NCBI GenBank assembly: GCA_012520095.1
Contig: JAAYOV010000092.1
Span: forward strand, 981-24,980
Length of the DNA stretch: 24,000 nucleotides
Source of the DNA: Tissierellia bacterium
Lineage (GTDB): Bacteria > Bacillota > Clostridia > Peptostreptococcales > Acidaminobacteraceae
Reading direction: 5' to 3'
Shown: positions 16,065 to 24,000 of the stretch, piece after piece
Layout: every line of letters starts with the position of its first letter
Position numbering within the stretch: position 1 is the first letter of the stretch
Notes under the pieces: model-generated
Told to the model about the DNA's origin: nothing
What the model saw: the letters and a program-made list of their open reading frames with translations, nothing else
The model's database searches: none
Position numbers and translations under genes: made by a program

Positions 16065-16833
16065 CAGAGCACTTGTCGAGCGTAAACTCGCCCCCACAAG
16101 GCAAAAGGCTCTTCGCTACCTCTTAGCCGGCCAAGTATATGCGGGGGAAAAGAAAATAGACAAACCGGGTCAGCTGCTGAGTCGCGAAGAGATTCAGACG
16201 CTTCTTATCCGAGAAAAAGATCCTTATGTCAGCCGAGGAGCACACAAGCTCTTGGGGGCTTTTGAATCTTTCGATATTTCTGTAGAAGGAGTCATTGCGG
16301 TCGATGTGGGAGCTTCTACGGGAGGATTTACACAAGTTCTTCTTGAAAAGGGAGCCAAAAGAGTTTATGCGGTCGATGTCGGATATGGCCAGCTTGATCA
16401 CAACTTGCGCAATGATCCTCGAGTTGTGGTATTGGAACGCGAAAACATGCGCTATCTTTCTACTGAAAAGATCCCTGAACCGGTCGATTTTTTCACCATG
16501 GATGTCTCCTTCATTTCCTGTAGGTTGCTTTTGACGCCGCTTCGTTCATTTTTGAAGCCGAATGCAAAAGGAGTGCTTTTGATTAAACCACAGTTTGAAG
16601 CGGGAAGACAGAGCGTCAAAAAGGGGATCGTGAGAGAAACGCGCGTTCATCGAGAAGTCATTGAAAACATGATTGCATATTTTTGCGAAGAAGGCTGGCG
16701 CTGCATCGGACTCGATGTATCGCCGATTAAAGGGAATAAAGGAAACACGGAATTCTTAGCATATATTGAAATGGCACCTTTTCAAGAGATAGATGAAAAA
16801 GTGATTGATCATCTGGTTGAGCGCATATCTTAG
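16039..16833 (+). CDS. tlyA: TlyA-family rRNA (cytidine-2'-O)-methyltransferase
   Basis: S4-like N-terminus RADRALVERKLAPTRQKALRYLLAGQVY. FtsJ-type SAM site VDVGASTGGFTQVLLEKGAKRVYAVDVGYGQL. ATG 16039 lies 8 nt after GAAGGG. Overlaps the dxs end by 26 nt. Confidence 0.9.
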   Translation: MSSEKTRADRALVERKLAPTRQKALRYLLAGQVYAGEKKIDKPGQLLSREEIQTLLIREKDPYVSRGAHKLLGAFESFDISVEGVIAVDVGASTGGFTQVLLEKGAKRVYAVDVGYGQLDHNLRNDPRVVVLERENMRYLSTEKIPEPVDFFTMDVSFISCRLLLTPLRSFLKPNAKGVLLIKPQFEAGRQSVKKGIVRETRVHREVIENMIAYFCEEGWRCIGLDVSPIKGNKGNTEFLAYIEMAPFQEIDEKVIDHLVERIS

Positions 16834-16943
16834 TCAATTGCTTCATTTGTACAGATGTGGAATGTCTCAATTGAGCGTCCTCTTTTCCCGTTCTTTGGGT
16901 ATCCATTTAAAATATAAGCTGTCTCTTTTGGCGGAGGTCATCT

Positions 16944-18524
16944 ATGCTCCTTGAACTGAGTATCCGAAATTTTATCCTCATTGAAGACATTCACCTTTCT
17001 TTCTCGCCCGGCTTCAGTGTCATCACAGGCGAAACGGGAGCAGGGAAGTCCATCCTTTTAGAGGGAATCCGCATCGCGCTCGGTTCTCCGGCTTCGAAAA
17101 GCAATCTTCGACTTCCCGATGAGAAGGCAAGCTTTGAGTTGGTGCTTGAGACAGACAATGAGATTCTCAGCATCCTTCGAGAGCTCTTTCCCAGCGGCAA
17201 ATCTCTTTCGCGCCTTCAAGGGGTCGTGACGACATTGCCGCAGATCCGATCTTCCCTTGCCCCCATGCTGGATATCTATGCACAGAAAGAAGACTCGCTG
17301 CTGTTGCATCCCTCTTCTCAAAGGGATGTTTTGGATCGTTTTTCTGAAGGGAAAGCGGACTTCCTTTTGTCCGAGATTGAAAAGATTTACAGACAAGATG
17401 AAGAGATTCTGCGAGAAAAGCAGAAATGGGCAGAACGAGCTTCACTTGATACACGCTCCATAAAATTCGAACGAGATGAGCTGAAATCGCTTCATCTCGA
17501 TCCGGAAGCAGATGCTCAGACGGAGCGTGAGTTTTCTGAGTTGAAGAACTTGGAAGAGAGAATGCGTTTGCTTCAGAGAGCCGTCGATGCCTCTTCCACT
17601 CAAAATCTCGTCGAACTTGAGAACGTCCTGGAAACATTGGGGGATGATTTTCGCGAGTATCTTGAGAGGACTGAGAGTCTTCGTCTTGAGCTCGAGGATA
17701 TTTCATATAGCGTGCAGACACATATGGCAAAGCTGGAAGAAATGCCGTACCGAGCGGCGCAGATCGAAGAGCGATATGCAGAGTTGTTTGCCGCAAAAAG
17801 AAAGTATCGATTGGAACTACCCGAGCTCTACGAACGCCTTCAAGATCTGGAAAAAATTCTCGATGAGCAGGAATCTATCGAGAGTACAATAGAAAAATTA
17901 GACGAGAGGCGTGAAGAAGGCTACAGGAGATATCTGCATATCTCCTCAGAGTTGAGCGAGGTGAGAAGAACGTCTTTTTACGAACTTCGGTCTCAGATGA
18001 TTCCGCTTCTTGAGCAAATCCAACTTAAAGGCGCAGAGATCGATATAAAATTTGAGCCGATAAGAGACGGCAGGATCCATCTCAAGGGAGACGAGAGGCT
18101 TGAGATGCTTGCCTCCATCAATCGTGGACCATTAAAGCCTTTCTCGCAAGTTCTTTCCGGAGGAGAGCTTTCACGATTCATGTTGGCGTTGAAGGCCGTC
18201 TTTGGAAAAGATGATACGACGCGAACGATGATTTTTGACGAAATCGATGCAGGCATCTCAGGAAAAACGGCGTATGAGGCAGGAAAACTCTTAAAGAAGC
18301 TCTCCAAGGACAAGCAGATCATAGCGATCACACACCAGCCCCACATCGTCAGTTTTGCCGACCATCACTACCATATTGAAAAAACCGGAAGCAGTACACA
18401 GATTAAAGCGCTCAATGACAAAGAGCATTTGCACCGGTTGGCGTTGATGCTGAGTCCGGTCATAAGCGAGAGCGCCGTACGCCATGCAGAAGAGATGATT
18501 CGACAGGCGAAGGAGGACGAATGA
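16944..18524 (+). CDS. recN: DNA repair protein RecN
   Basis: MLLELSIRNFILIED, Walker A GETGAGKS, a long coiled-coil middle region, signature LSGGELSRFMLALK, Walker B MIFDEIDAGISG. GGCGGAGG is upstream. Confidence 0.95.
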   Translation: MLLELSIRNFILIEDIHLSFSPGFSVITGETGAGKSILLEGIRIALGSPASKSNLRLPDEKASFELVLETDNEILSILRELFPSGKSLSRLQGVVTTLPQIRSSLAPMLDIYAQKEDSLLLHPSSQRDVLDRFSEGKADFLLSEIEKIYRQDEEILREKQKWAERASLDTRSIKFERDELKSLHLDPEADAQTEREFSELKNLEERMRLLQRAVDASSTQNLVELENVLETLGDDFREYLERTESLRLELEDISYSVQTHMAKLEEMPYRAAQIEERYAELFAAKRKYRLELPELYERLQDLEKILDEQESIESTIEKLDERREEGYRRYLHISSELSEVRRTSFYELRSQMIPLLEQIQLKGAEIDIKFEPIRDGRIHLKGDERLEMLASINRGPLKPFSQVLSGGELSRFMLALKAVFGKDDTTRTMIFDEIDAGISGKTAYEAGKLLKKLSKDKQIIAITHQPHIVSFADHHYHIEKTGSSTQIKALNDKEHLHRLALMLSPVISESAVRHAEEMIRQAKEDE

Positions 18525-19672
18525 AAAGAGCGATCGTCATCATATTAGATTCACTCGGGGTAGGCCATGCGCCGGATGCGCAACAGTTTTCAGACGAGGG
18601 TGCCAATACCTTGGGAACCATACTCAATGAATATCCGTCGATCCACATTCCTCATCTCAAAAAACTCGGGCTTTTTCATATCGAAGGGGTCGACGCGAAG
18701 AGCGACGTCGATCCGATTGGAATATATGGAAGATTGTTTTCCGTTTCAAAAGGAAAAGACACGACCATTGGACATTGGGAGCTCATGGGCGTTCCTGTGA
18801 AAACGCCCTTTCCTACGTATCCGGAGGGCTTTCCGCAAGAAGTCCTACAGAGCTTTATGGAAGAGACGGGAAGAGGAGTTCTGTGCAATAGACCCTATTC
18901 CGGAACGGAAGTCATCCGAGATTACTTCCACAAGCAGAGAGAAAGTGGCGATTGGATCGTCTACACATCAAGCGATTCCGTCTTTCAGATTGCAGCTCAT
19001 GAGGAGCTGATACCGATTGAAGAGCTCTATGAAGCCTGCCGGAAGGCTCGCCGTATTCTCACGGGTCCGCATGCAGTTGCACGCGTCATTGCCCGCCCAT
19101 ATATTGGAGAGTCCGGACGTCTTGTGCGCACCGCCAATCGCAGAGACTATTCTCTTACACCTTTTTCTCCAACGGTTCTCGATATTCTCAAAGAAGCCGG
19201 GAAGGAAGTTATCGGAATCGGTAAGATTGAAGATATTTTCAATGGATCGGGAATCACACGAGCCGTGCATACCAAGAACAATGATGACGGAATGAAAAAG
19301 ACAATAGAGCTGTTGAAAAATAATTTTGAAGGCCTTCTCTTTACGAATCTCGTCGACTTCGATGCGATGTACGGTCATCGCAGAGATGTGTTCGGATATA
19401 AGCAAGCGCTGGAAGCCTTTGATCTGCAGTTGGGAGAACTGATTGAGAGTTTAAGAGAAGACGATCTGCTCCTTCTCACGGCTGATCACGGCAATGATCC
19501 CGGCTTTCGGGGAACAGATCATACAAGAGAGATGGTTCCGCTTCTCATCTATCGACAAGGTATTCAACCTCGAAATTTCGGTACGCGCTCCGGCTTCTAT
19601 CATGTAGGGGAAACAGTGGCGCAGCATCTTGGAGTAAGAGGCACCGGGTTCGGGGAGGCCCTGCAGAAATGA
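18521..19672 (+). CDS. deoB: Phosphopentomutase
   Basis: MKRAIVIILDSLGVG, GKDTTIGHWELMG, NLVDFDAMYGHRRD, TADHGNDP. AGGAGG at 18511-18516. ATGA overlap with the recN stop. Confidence 0.95.
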   Translation: MKRAIVIILDSLGVGHAPDAQQFSDEGANTLGTILNEYPSIHIPHLKKLGLFHIEGVDAKSDVDPIGIYGRLFSVSKGKDTTIGHWELMGVPVKTPFPTYPEGFPQEVLQSFMEETGRGVLCNRPYSGTEVIRDYFHKQRESGDWIVYTSSDSVFQIAAHEELIPIEELYEACRKARRILTGPHAVARVIARPYIGESGRLVRTANRRDYSLTPFSPTVLDILKEAGKEVIGIGKIEDIFNGSGITRAVHTKNNDDGMKKTIELLKNNFEGLLFTNLVDFDAMYGHRRDVFGYKQALEAFDLQLGELIESLREDDLLLLTADHGNDPGFRGTDHTREMVPLLIYRQGIQPRNFGTRSGFYHVGETVAQHLGVRGTGFGEALQK

Positions 19673-20988
19673 ATATGTACGATATACTTTATAAAAAAAG
19701 AGAATCTCAACCGCTGAGTCAAGCGGAAATTGCTTATTTCATCCAGGGATTTACGCGGGGAGAAATTCCGGACTATCAGGCAAGTGCCTTTCTCATGGCC
19801 GCCTTTATTAACGGATTGTCTCCGGATGAAACAGTGGAGTTGACAAGGCAGATGCTTCTCTCCGGCGACATGCTTGATCTCTCGGGAATAGGCGGATTTA
19901 CCCTGGACAAGCATTCGACAGGCGGGGTGGGGGACAAGACGTCTCTCGTCCTTGCGCCACTGCTTGCTGCGGCAGGCATTGTCGTGCCGAAATTGAGCGG
20001 AAGAGGCCTCGGTCATACCGGTGGAACGATTGATAAACTGGAGTCGATTCCGGGCTTTCAAACAGAGCTTGCGATGGAGGAATTTCTCGATCAGCTTCGC
20101 CAAATCGGAGTGGGCATTCTCTCGGCCTCCGGAGATCTTGCGCCCGCCGATAAAGCGCTGTACGCTCTACGAGATGTCACAGCGACGGTTGACCATCCGT
20201 CGCTTATTGCCAGCAGTATCATGAGTAAAAAACTGGCTGTCGGTGCAGACGGGATTCTTCTTGACGTGAAATTCGGAGAGGGTGCATTTATGAAGACGGC
20301 AGAAGATGCAATCGAGCTCTCGAAAATCCTCGTCGACATCGGAGAGAAGAACTCAAAACAAACAAGAGCGCTCATCAGCAGCATGGAGACACCTCTTGGA
20401 AAAGCCGTAGGAAACAGTCTGGAAGTTCGAGAAGCTGCTTTGACACTGCAGGGAAAAGGGCCGGCTGATCTTCAAGAACTCTGTGTGCAGCTGGCCATTC
20501 ACGGTCTTCTAATGAGTGGAAAGTGCAGAGATGAGACGGAGGCTCAATGCCGACTGCTGGATCTCATTGACTCGGGCGCCGCCTATGAGAAGTTCTTGGA
20601 TTTTATCCGTTTTCAGGGAGGAGATATCGACTCGCTTCCCGTTGAAAAGGAAGTTGGCGTCTATCGGGCACGGAGTTCAGGCTATGTGGAGAGAATTCAC
20701 TCTCTTCCCGTGGCAAAGGCGGCACTCATCTGTGGAGCCGGAAGGCAGACAAAGGCCGACTGCATCGATCCGACTGCCGGCATTTTGCTTCATGTTCAAG
20801 AAGGAGAGAGAGTGGAAGAAGGCGACATTCTCGCTTCCATCTTCTCAAAAAGGGAAAACAGGATACAAGAAGTGCTTGATTATCTCGAAGTAGCGTTCAT
20901 CCTTGGAGAGCGGAAGGAAAGATCGCCGCTGATCAAAGGAGTCGTCTGCCGAGAAGAGGATTCCATCGTCTTTCATCCTTCAAAATAG
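19669..20988 (+). CDS. pdp: Pyrimidine-nucleoside (thymidine) phosphorylase
   Basis: MYDILYKKRE...L....I.YFIQGF, DKHSTGGVGDKTSL, SGRGLGHTGGTIDKLESIPGF. 439 aa. ATGA overlap with the deoB stop. Confidence 0.95.
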   Translation: MNMYDILYKKRESQPLSQAEIAYFIQGFTRGEIPDYQASAFLMAAFINGLSPDETVELTRQMLLSGDMLDLSGIGGFTLDKHSTGGVGDKTSLVLAPLLAAAGIVVPKLSGRGLGHTGGTIDKLESIPGFQTELAMEEFLDQLRQIGVGILSASGDLAPADKALYALRDVTATVDHPSLIASSIMSKKLAVGADGILLDVKFGEGAFMKTAEDAIELSKILVDIGEKNSKQTRALISSMETPLGKAVGNSLEVREAALTLQGKGPADLQELCVQLAIHGLLMSGKCRDETEAQCRLLDLIDSGAAYEKFLDFIRFQGGDIDSLPVEKEVGVYRARSSGYVERIHSLPVAKAALICGAGRQTKADCIDPTAGILLHVQEGERVEEGDILASIFSKRENRIQEVLDYLEVAFILGERKERSPLIKGVVCREEDSIVFHPSK

Positions 20989-21006
20989 AAAATGCAAATC
21001 TTTTCT

Positions 21007-21040
21007 ATGTGCTCTGCAATGTTCGGCAGGGCACATTTTC
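21007..21040 (+). terminator. Hairpin after pdp: a probable weak intrinsic terminator, or alternatively an operator-like inverted repeat
   Basis: ATGTGCTCTGC (21007-21017) pairs with GCAGGGCACAT (21026-21036). This is 11 bp including one G-U pair, with an 8-nt loop, followed only by TTTCC, a short U-tract. It overlaps the -35 region of the scpA promoter candidate. Confidence 0.5.
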
Positions 21041-21051
21041 CATGTTATAAT
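21023..21051 (+). promoter_or_regulatory. Candidate extended -10 promoter for scpA-scpB-rluB
   Basis: TGtTATAAT at 21043-21051 with a weak -35 TCGGCA at 21023-21028 (17-nt spacer). The homology-supported scpA ATG at 21058 lies 7 nt after the -10. Confidence 0.5.
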
Positions 21052-21057
21052 CGGTTC

Positions 21058-21783
21058 ATGAGTGAATTAGCTATACGACTATCGACTTTTGAAGGGCCGC
21101 TCGATCTCCTGTTGCGACTGATTGAACAGGAGGAGATCGATATCTACAATATCCCGATTCATCGAATCACCGAACAATATCTGCGCAGGCTGGAGCTTGA
21201 AGAGCTTGATCCTCAGTCTGCAGCGGAGTTTTTGCTTTTGGCGACGGAGCTTCTCGAGATTAAATCTCGCATGCTTCTACCCGACCATCAGCTTAAACCC
21301 GTTTATTCCCAGGATGAAGACCCTCGGGCGCAATTGCTGGAGCGCCTTCTCACCTACAGGAGAGTTAAGGTTGCCCGCGAGCTATTGTTTGATCTCCACG
21401 AGCCTCAGAGACTTTTTAGTGAGGAATTCCTATTGGAGTTACCTTCTTTCGATGAAAAGCCTCTATTGATGGATCCGGCGATCCTCTCGGAAGCCTATAG
21501 TCGGGCGCTGCGCTCGATGGAACGATTTTCCGAGCATGCACCAAAATCTTTTGAACGCTTTACAAAGAGAAACTATTCCGTCTCGCTCAAACAAAGAGAT
21601 ATCCTGCAACTTCTTACGTATATTTCGACGGTTCAGTTCTCTTCCCTGTTGAGCGCATCGGCTCCAAAAGGGGAATGGGTGGCGAGTTTTCTTGCTCTGC
21701 TTAAACTCCAGCAGGACCAGCGAATCCATTTGAGCCAGCCGGAGCTTTTTTCAGAAATCACCATAGAAAAGAGGTCACGATGA
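21058..21783 (+). CDS. scpA: Segregation and condensation protein A
   Basis: MSELAIRLSTFEGPLDLLLRLIEQEEIDIYNIPIHRITEQYL is colinear from residue 1 with the B. subtilis ScpA N-terminus (..VKIDTFEGPLDLLLHLI..EIDIYDIP). The 22 extra residues of the track ORF (ATG 20992) cover the hairpin and promoter and have no SD. Confidence 0.88.
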   Translation: MSELAIRLSTFEGPLDLLLRLIEQEEIDIYNIPIHRITEQYLRRLELEELDPQSAAEFLLLATELLEIKSRMLLPDHQLKPVYSQDEDPRAQLLERLLTYRRVKVARELLFDLHEPQRLFSEEFLLELPSFDEKPLLMDPAILSEAYSRALRSMERFSEHAPKSFERFTKRNYSVSLKQRDILQLLTYISTVQFSSLLSASAPKGEWVASFLALLKLQQDQRIHLSQPELFSEITIEKRSR

Positions 21784-22280
21784 ATCAAAGGCGCGCCGTC
21801 GAGACGATCCTCCTGGCAGCCAGAGAACCTGTCAGTCTCTCCCGATTAGCTTCTCTTATTCAGGTTCAGACGAAAGAACTCAATGATCTTCTAGAGGCGC
21901 TCGAGCAAGAATATATTGACATGAAGAGCGGACTTGAGCTCAGACGCTTCGGAAATAAAGTGCAGCTTGCCATTAATGATCGCTACGACGAACTTATATC
22001 AGCTCTTTTCGATTCGTCGCGGACAAAGGGATATGGAGCGGCTACGCTTGAAGTTCTCTCTATCATTGCCTATGATCAACCGATCACAAGAGCGCAAATC
22101 GACCATATCCGAGGAGTCAGCAGTGATTATTCCCTGCGACTTCTTCAGGATCGAGGCCTCATTGAGGCAAAAGCAACCCTCGATGTGATCGGAAATCCAA
22201 AATTATATACAACGACGGAGAAATTTCTTCGAGATTTCTCACTTTCTTCGCTGAATGATTTGCCGGAGGTCGATCGATGA
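21780..22280 (+). CDS. scpB: Segregation and condensation protein B
   Basis: 166 aa. AVETILLAAREPVSLSRLA, LEVLSIIAYDQPITRAQIDHIRGVSSDYSLRLLQDRGLI, YTTTEKFLRDF. ATGA overlap with scpA. AAGAGG upstream. Confidence 0.9.
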   Translation: MNQRRAVETILLAAREPVSLSRLASLIQVQTKELNDLLEALEQEYIDMKSGLELRRFGNKVQLAINDRYDELISALFDSSRTKGYGAATLEVLSIIAYDQPITRAQIDHIRGVSSDYSLRLLQDRGLIEAKATLDVIGNPKLYTTTEKFLRDFSLSSLNDLPEVDR

Positions 22281-22963
22281 GGCTGCAAAAGTATCTCGCT
22301 CATCGAGGAGTGGCATCGCGCAGGAAAGCTGAAGAAATGATCCGAGAAGGCCTTGTCAGTGTCAACGGCGAGACGATGACGCAGATGGGATACATTGTCA
22401 ATGAAGGCGACCGGATCCATGTCCGAGGAGAGCTGATTCCCTCAGTTGCATTGGATACGAGGACATACGCCTTCTATAAGCCGAAAGGAGTGATCAGCAG
22501 CACTCGTGATACCAGAGGGCGTAAGACCGTATCCGATTATTTTTTAAATATGGGGAGATTGTATCCGGTTGGAAGGCTCGACTATCTATCAGAGGGACTG
22601 CTTCTGGTCACCAATGACGGAGATCTTGCGCTTCAACTGACTCATCCGCGCTATCATCACTCGAAACTCTATGAAGTACACACGAACAGGGCTCTTTTGG
22701 CGGAAGAAATGCAAGCCATGAAGCAGGGGGTCGTCATTGACGGATACAAGACAAGACCTCTTCAAATCGAAGAGGCCGGAAAGAAATTCTATCGAATCCG
22801 GCTTTTTGAAGGGAGAAATCGTCAGATTCGCAAGATGATGGATCTATTCTCTGTTAAGGTAGAGAGGCTCCTGAGAACGGAGATTGCCGGCATCACTCTC
22901 AAAGGTTTAAATCCGGGAGAGTGGAGAGAGTTGACAAAAGAAGAATTGGCAAAACTCCGGTAG
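22277..22963 (+). CDS. rluB: 23S rRNA pseudouridine synthase, RsuA/RluB family
   Basis: N-terminal S4 domain MRLQKYLAHRGVASRRKAEEMIREGLVSVNGE. Catalytic motif GRLDYLSEGLLLVTNDGDL. EGRNRQIRKM. ATGA overlap with scpB. GGAGG at 22265-22269. Confidence 0.9.
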   Translation: MRLQKYLAHRGVASRRKAEEMIREGLVSVNGETMTQMGYIVNEGDRIHVRGELIPSVALDTRTYAFYKPKGVISSTRDTRGRKTVSDYFLNMGRLYPVGRLDYLSEGLLLVTNDGDLALQLTHPRYHHSKLYEVHTNRALLAEEMQAMKQGVVIDGYKTRPLQIEEAGKKFYRIRLFEGRNRQIRKMMDLFSVKVERLLRTEIAGITLKGLNPGEWRELTKEELAKLR

Positions 22964-22970
22964 AGGCATT

Positions 22971-23987
22971 TTAGTCGAGTTTCTTGATTTTGATGGAGTA
23001 CTCCTTGCCTGCTACTGTAATGACGAGTTGTTTTTGTTTCGGATCTCTGATGGAAGTCAGAGATTTTTCTGTTTCTGTTATGAATTGACGAAATAATCGG
23101 TTGGCCTCTTGCTCAGTGACAGTGGTAAAAAAGACCGTAGAGCCGGGTGTCATCTGCGAGAGAGTACAAATGTCCTCGGCGATGAGCGTCGCTATTTTTG
23201 CGTATCCCCCGGTTGTTCCCCGATCGCTGAGAAGGACGATTGGTTGTGCGCTTCCGGGAACTTGAATAGAACCGTGGGCGCTTCCGTCGGAGATGACGTC
23301 GGCTGACGTTTTATGGGTGATAGGAGGCCCCTCCAGGCGATAACCCATTCGGTCAGATTGTGCAGTGATGGTATAGGGGGAGCGAAGGAAAGTCTGCACT
23401 CCCTCTTCCGTAAAATGATCATCCTGTGGTCCGAGTACGACACGCAAGGTCTTCTCCTTCGTGTACACCGGTCTCTTTTCTTTTCGGAGCATCAGATCGG
23501 GCGATGATTTCATCTTTTCTCCAAGAGGGATTGCGTCCCCTGCTTGAATGGCCCTCCCTTTCCATCCTCCGATGCCGCTGCGCAGATGTGTCGATTTTGA
23601 ACCCATAATTTTAGGAATGGCTATACCTCTGCTAAAGGCAATGTAGTTGAATATGCCGGTAGAAGGGGACTTTATATGTAACACATCCCCTTTTTTGACT
23701 TCCAAACTCTGCCAGAGCGGAACTTCAGATTCATTTATATAAGCAGCGGAAGATGCGCCGGTTATGGCGATCGTTTCATCGCAACCGAATTCAATTTGCA
23801 CTCCGGCATACATCGTCTCGAGTACAGCCTCGCCGAGATTGTTTCCTACAAGGAGATTGGCTATGCTCAAGCTGAACAAGTCCATTGCTCCCGCCGGACT
23901 CACGCCGACCTTCATAAAGCCGAAACGCCCTCTGTCTTGAATGGTGGAAAGGAGTCCTCCGTGGAGAATGTATATTTCATGTTTCAT
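22971..23987 (-). CDS. pxpC: 5-oxoprolinase subunit C (PxpC/KipA; biotin-dependent carboxyltransferase family, formerly allophanate hydrolase subunit 2)
   Basis: 338 aa. LSTIQDRGRFGFMKVGVSPAGAMD, SDRMGYRLEG, GSIQVPGSAQPIVLLSDRGTTGGYAKIATLI. AGGAG lies 8 nt upstream of the ATG on the minus strand (23996-24000). Its upstream partner genes would lie beyond the window. Confidence 0.9.
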   Translation of the reverse strand: MKHEIYILHGGLLSTIQDRGRFGFMKVGVSPAGAMDLFSLSIANLLVGNNLGEAVLETMYAGVQIEFGCDETIAITGASSAAYINESEVPLWQSLEVKKGDVLHIKSPSTGIFNYIAFSRGIAIPKIMGSKSTHLRSGIGGWKGRAIQAGDAIPLGEKMKSSPDLMLRKEKRPVYTKEKTLRVVLGPQDDHFTEEGVQTFLRSPYTITAQSDRMGYRLEGPPITHKTSADVISDGSAHGSIQVPGSAQPIVLLSDRGTTGGYAKIATLIAEDICTLSQMTPGSTVFFTTVTEQEANRLFRQFITETEKSLTSIRDPKQKQLVITVAGKEYSIKIKKLD

Positions 23988-24000
23988 GGCGTTTGCTCCT

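Noticed and set aside
16855-16917. 20-codon ORF (MWNVSIERPLFPFFGYPFKI) in the tlyA-recN spacer
   Set aside because: It has no SD and is too short to assess. An ORF of this size is plausible by chance in a 110-nt spacer.
17167-17796. 209-aa ORF antisense to recN
   Set aside because: A shadow ORF inside recN. It is Ser/Arg/Pro-rich with no recognisable motifs and no start context.
19600-20103. 167-aa ORF antisense across the deoB/pdp junction
   Set aside because: It overlaps two well-supported + strand genes and has no SD, promoter or motifs.
22971-23100. The C-terminal tail of PxpC (…QLVITVAGKEYSIKIKKLD) superficially resembles the start of biotin-carrier or decarboxylase gamma-type proteins
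   Set aside because: The total length of 338 aa is normal for KipA/PxpC. The resemblance is a short beta-strand-like motif only, and no biotinyl-Lys (MKM) motif is present.
1-24000. Search for CRISPR repeats, tRNA or rRNA genes, IS or transposase genes, integrases, phage genes, toxin-antitoxin pairs and defence-system signatures
   Set aside because: I found none. Every ORF over 100 codons on the coding strand has a confident housekeeping assignment except the acidic zinc-ribbon protein. The intergenic regions are too short (110 nt or less, apart from the T-box leader) to hide RNA genes or arrays.

Overview
This window is almost entirely densely packed core housekeeping sequence from a Firmicutes (Bacillota) chromosome, probably a Clostridia-like, non-sporulating lineage. 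By eye the GC content is mid-to-high 40s percent. There are 24 genes on the + strand and one convergent gene on the - strand at the right edge.

Gene order:
- mnmA (5' truncated), then an Ala T-box leader.
- alaS, ireB-like (UPF0297), aldo/keto reductase with 2x[4Fe-4S], ruvX fused to DUF1292, fur-family, rnj, yheA/ylbF-family, mltG, terminator.
- Promoter, Xaa-Pro peptidase, efp, acidic zinc-ribbon protein, terminator.
- Promoter, asp23-family, nusB, xseA, xseB, ispA, dxs, tlyA, a 110-nt gap, recN, deoB, pdp, hairpin.
- Promoter, scpA, scpB, rluB, then convergent pxpC.

Many junctions are 4-nt ATGA or GTGA overlaps, which suggests translational coupling. The order matches the B. subtilis alaS-yrzL-yrrK-yrzB-mltG, yqhT-efp and yqhY-nusB...recN neighbourhoods.

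I found no CRISPR array, tRNA or rRNA gene, transposase, integrase, phage gene, toxin-antitoxin pair or recognisable defence system. I do not think the window holds a novel multi-gene system.

The points worth a second look are modest:
- An in-frame RuvX-DUF1292 fusion that keeps an internal SD and ATG.
- An Fe-S aldo/keto reductase wedged into the ireB-ruvX cluster.
- An uncharacterised, extremely acidic zinc-ribbon protein co-transcribed with efp.
- A probably leaderless scpA.
- An Ala T-box with a clear GCC specifier but no canonical terminator hairpin next to its U9 tract.
- Absence of the spoIIIA, spoIVB and spo0A loci at their conserved positions.
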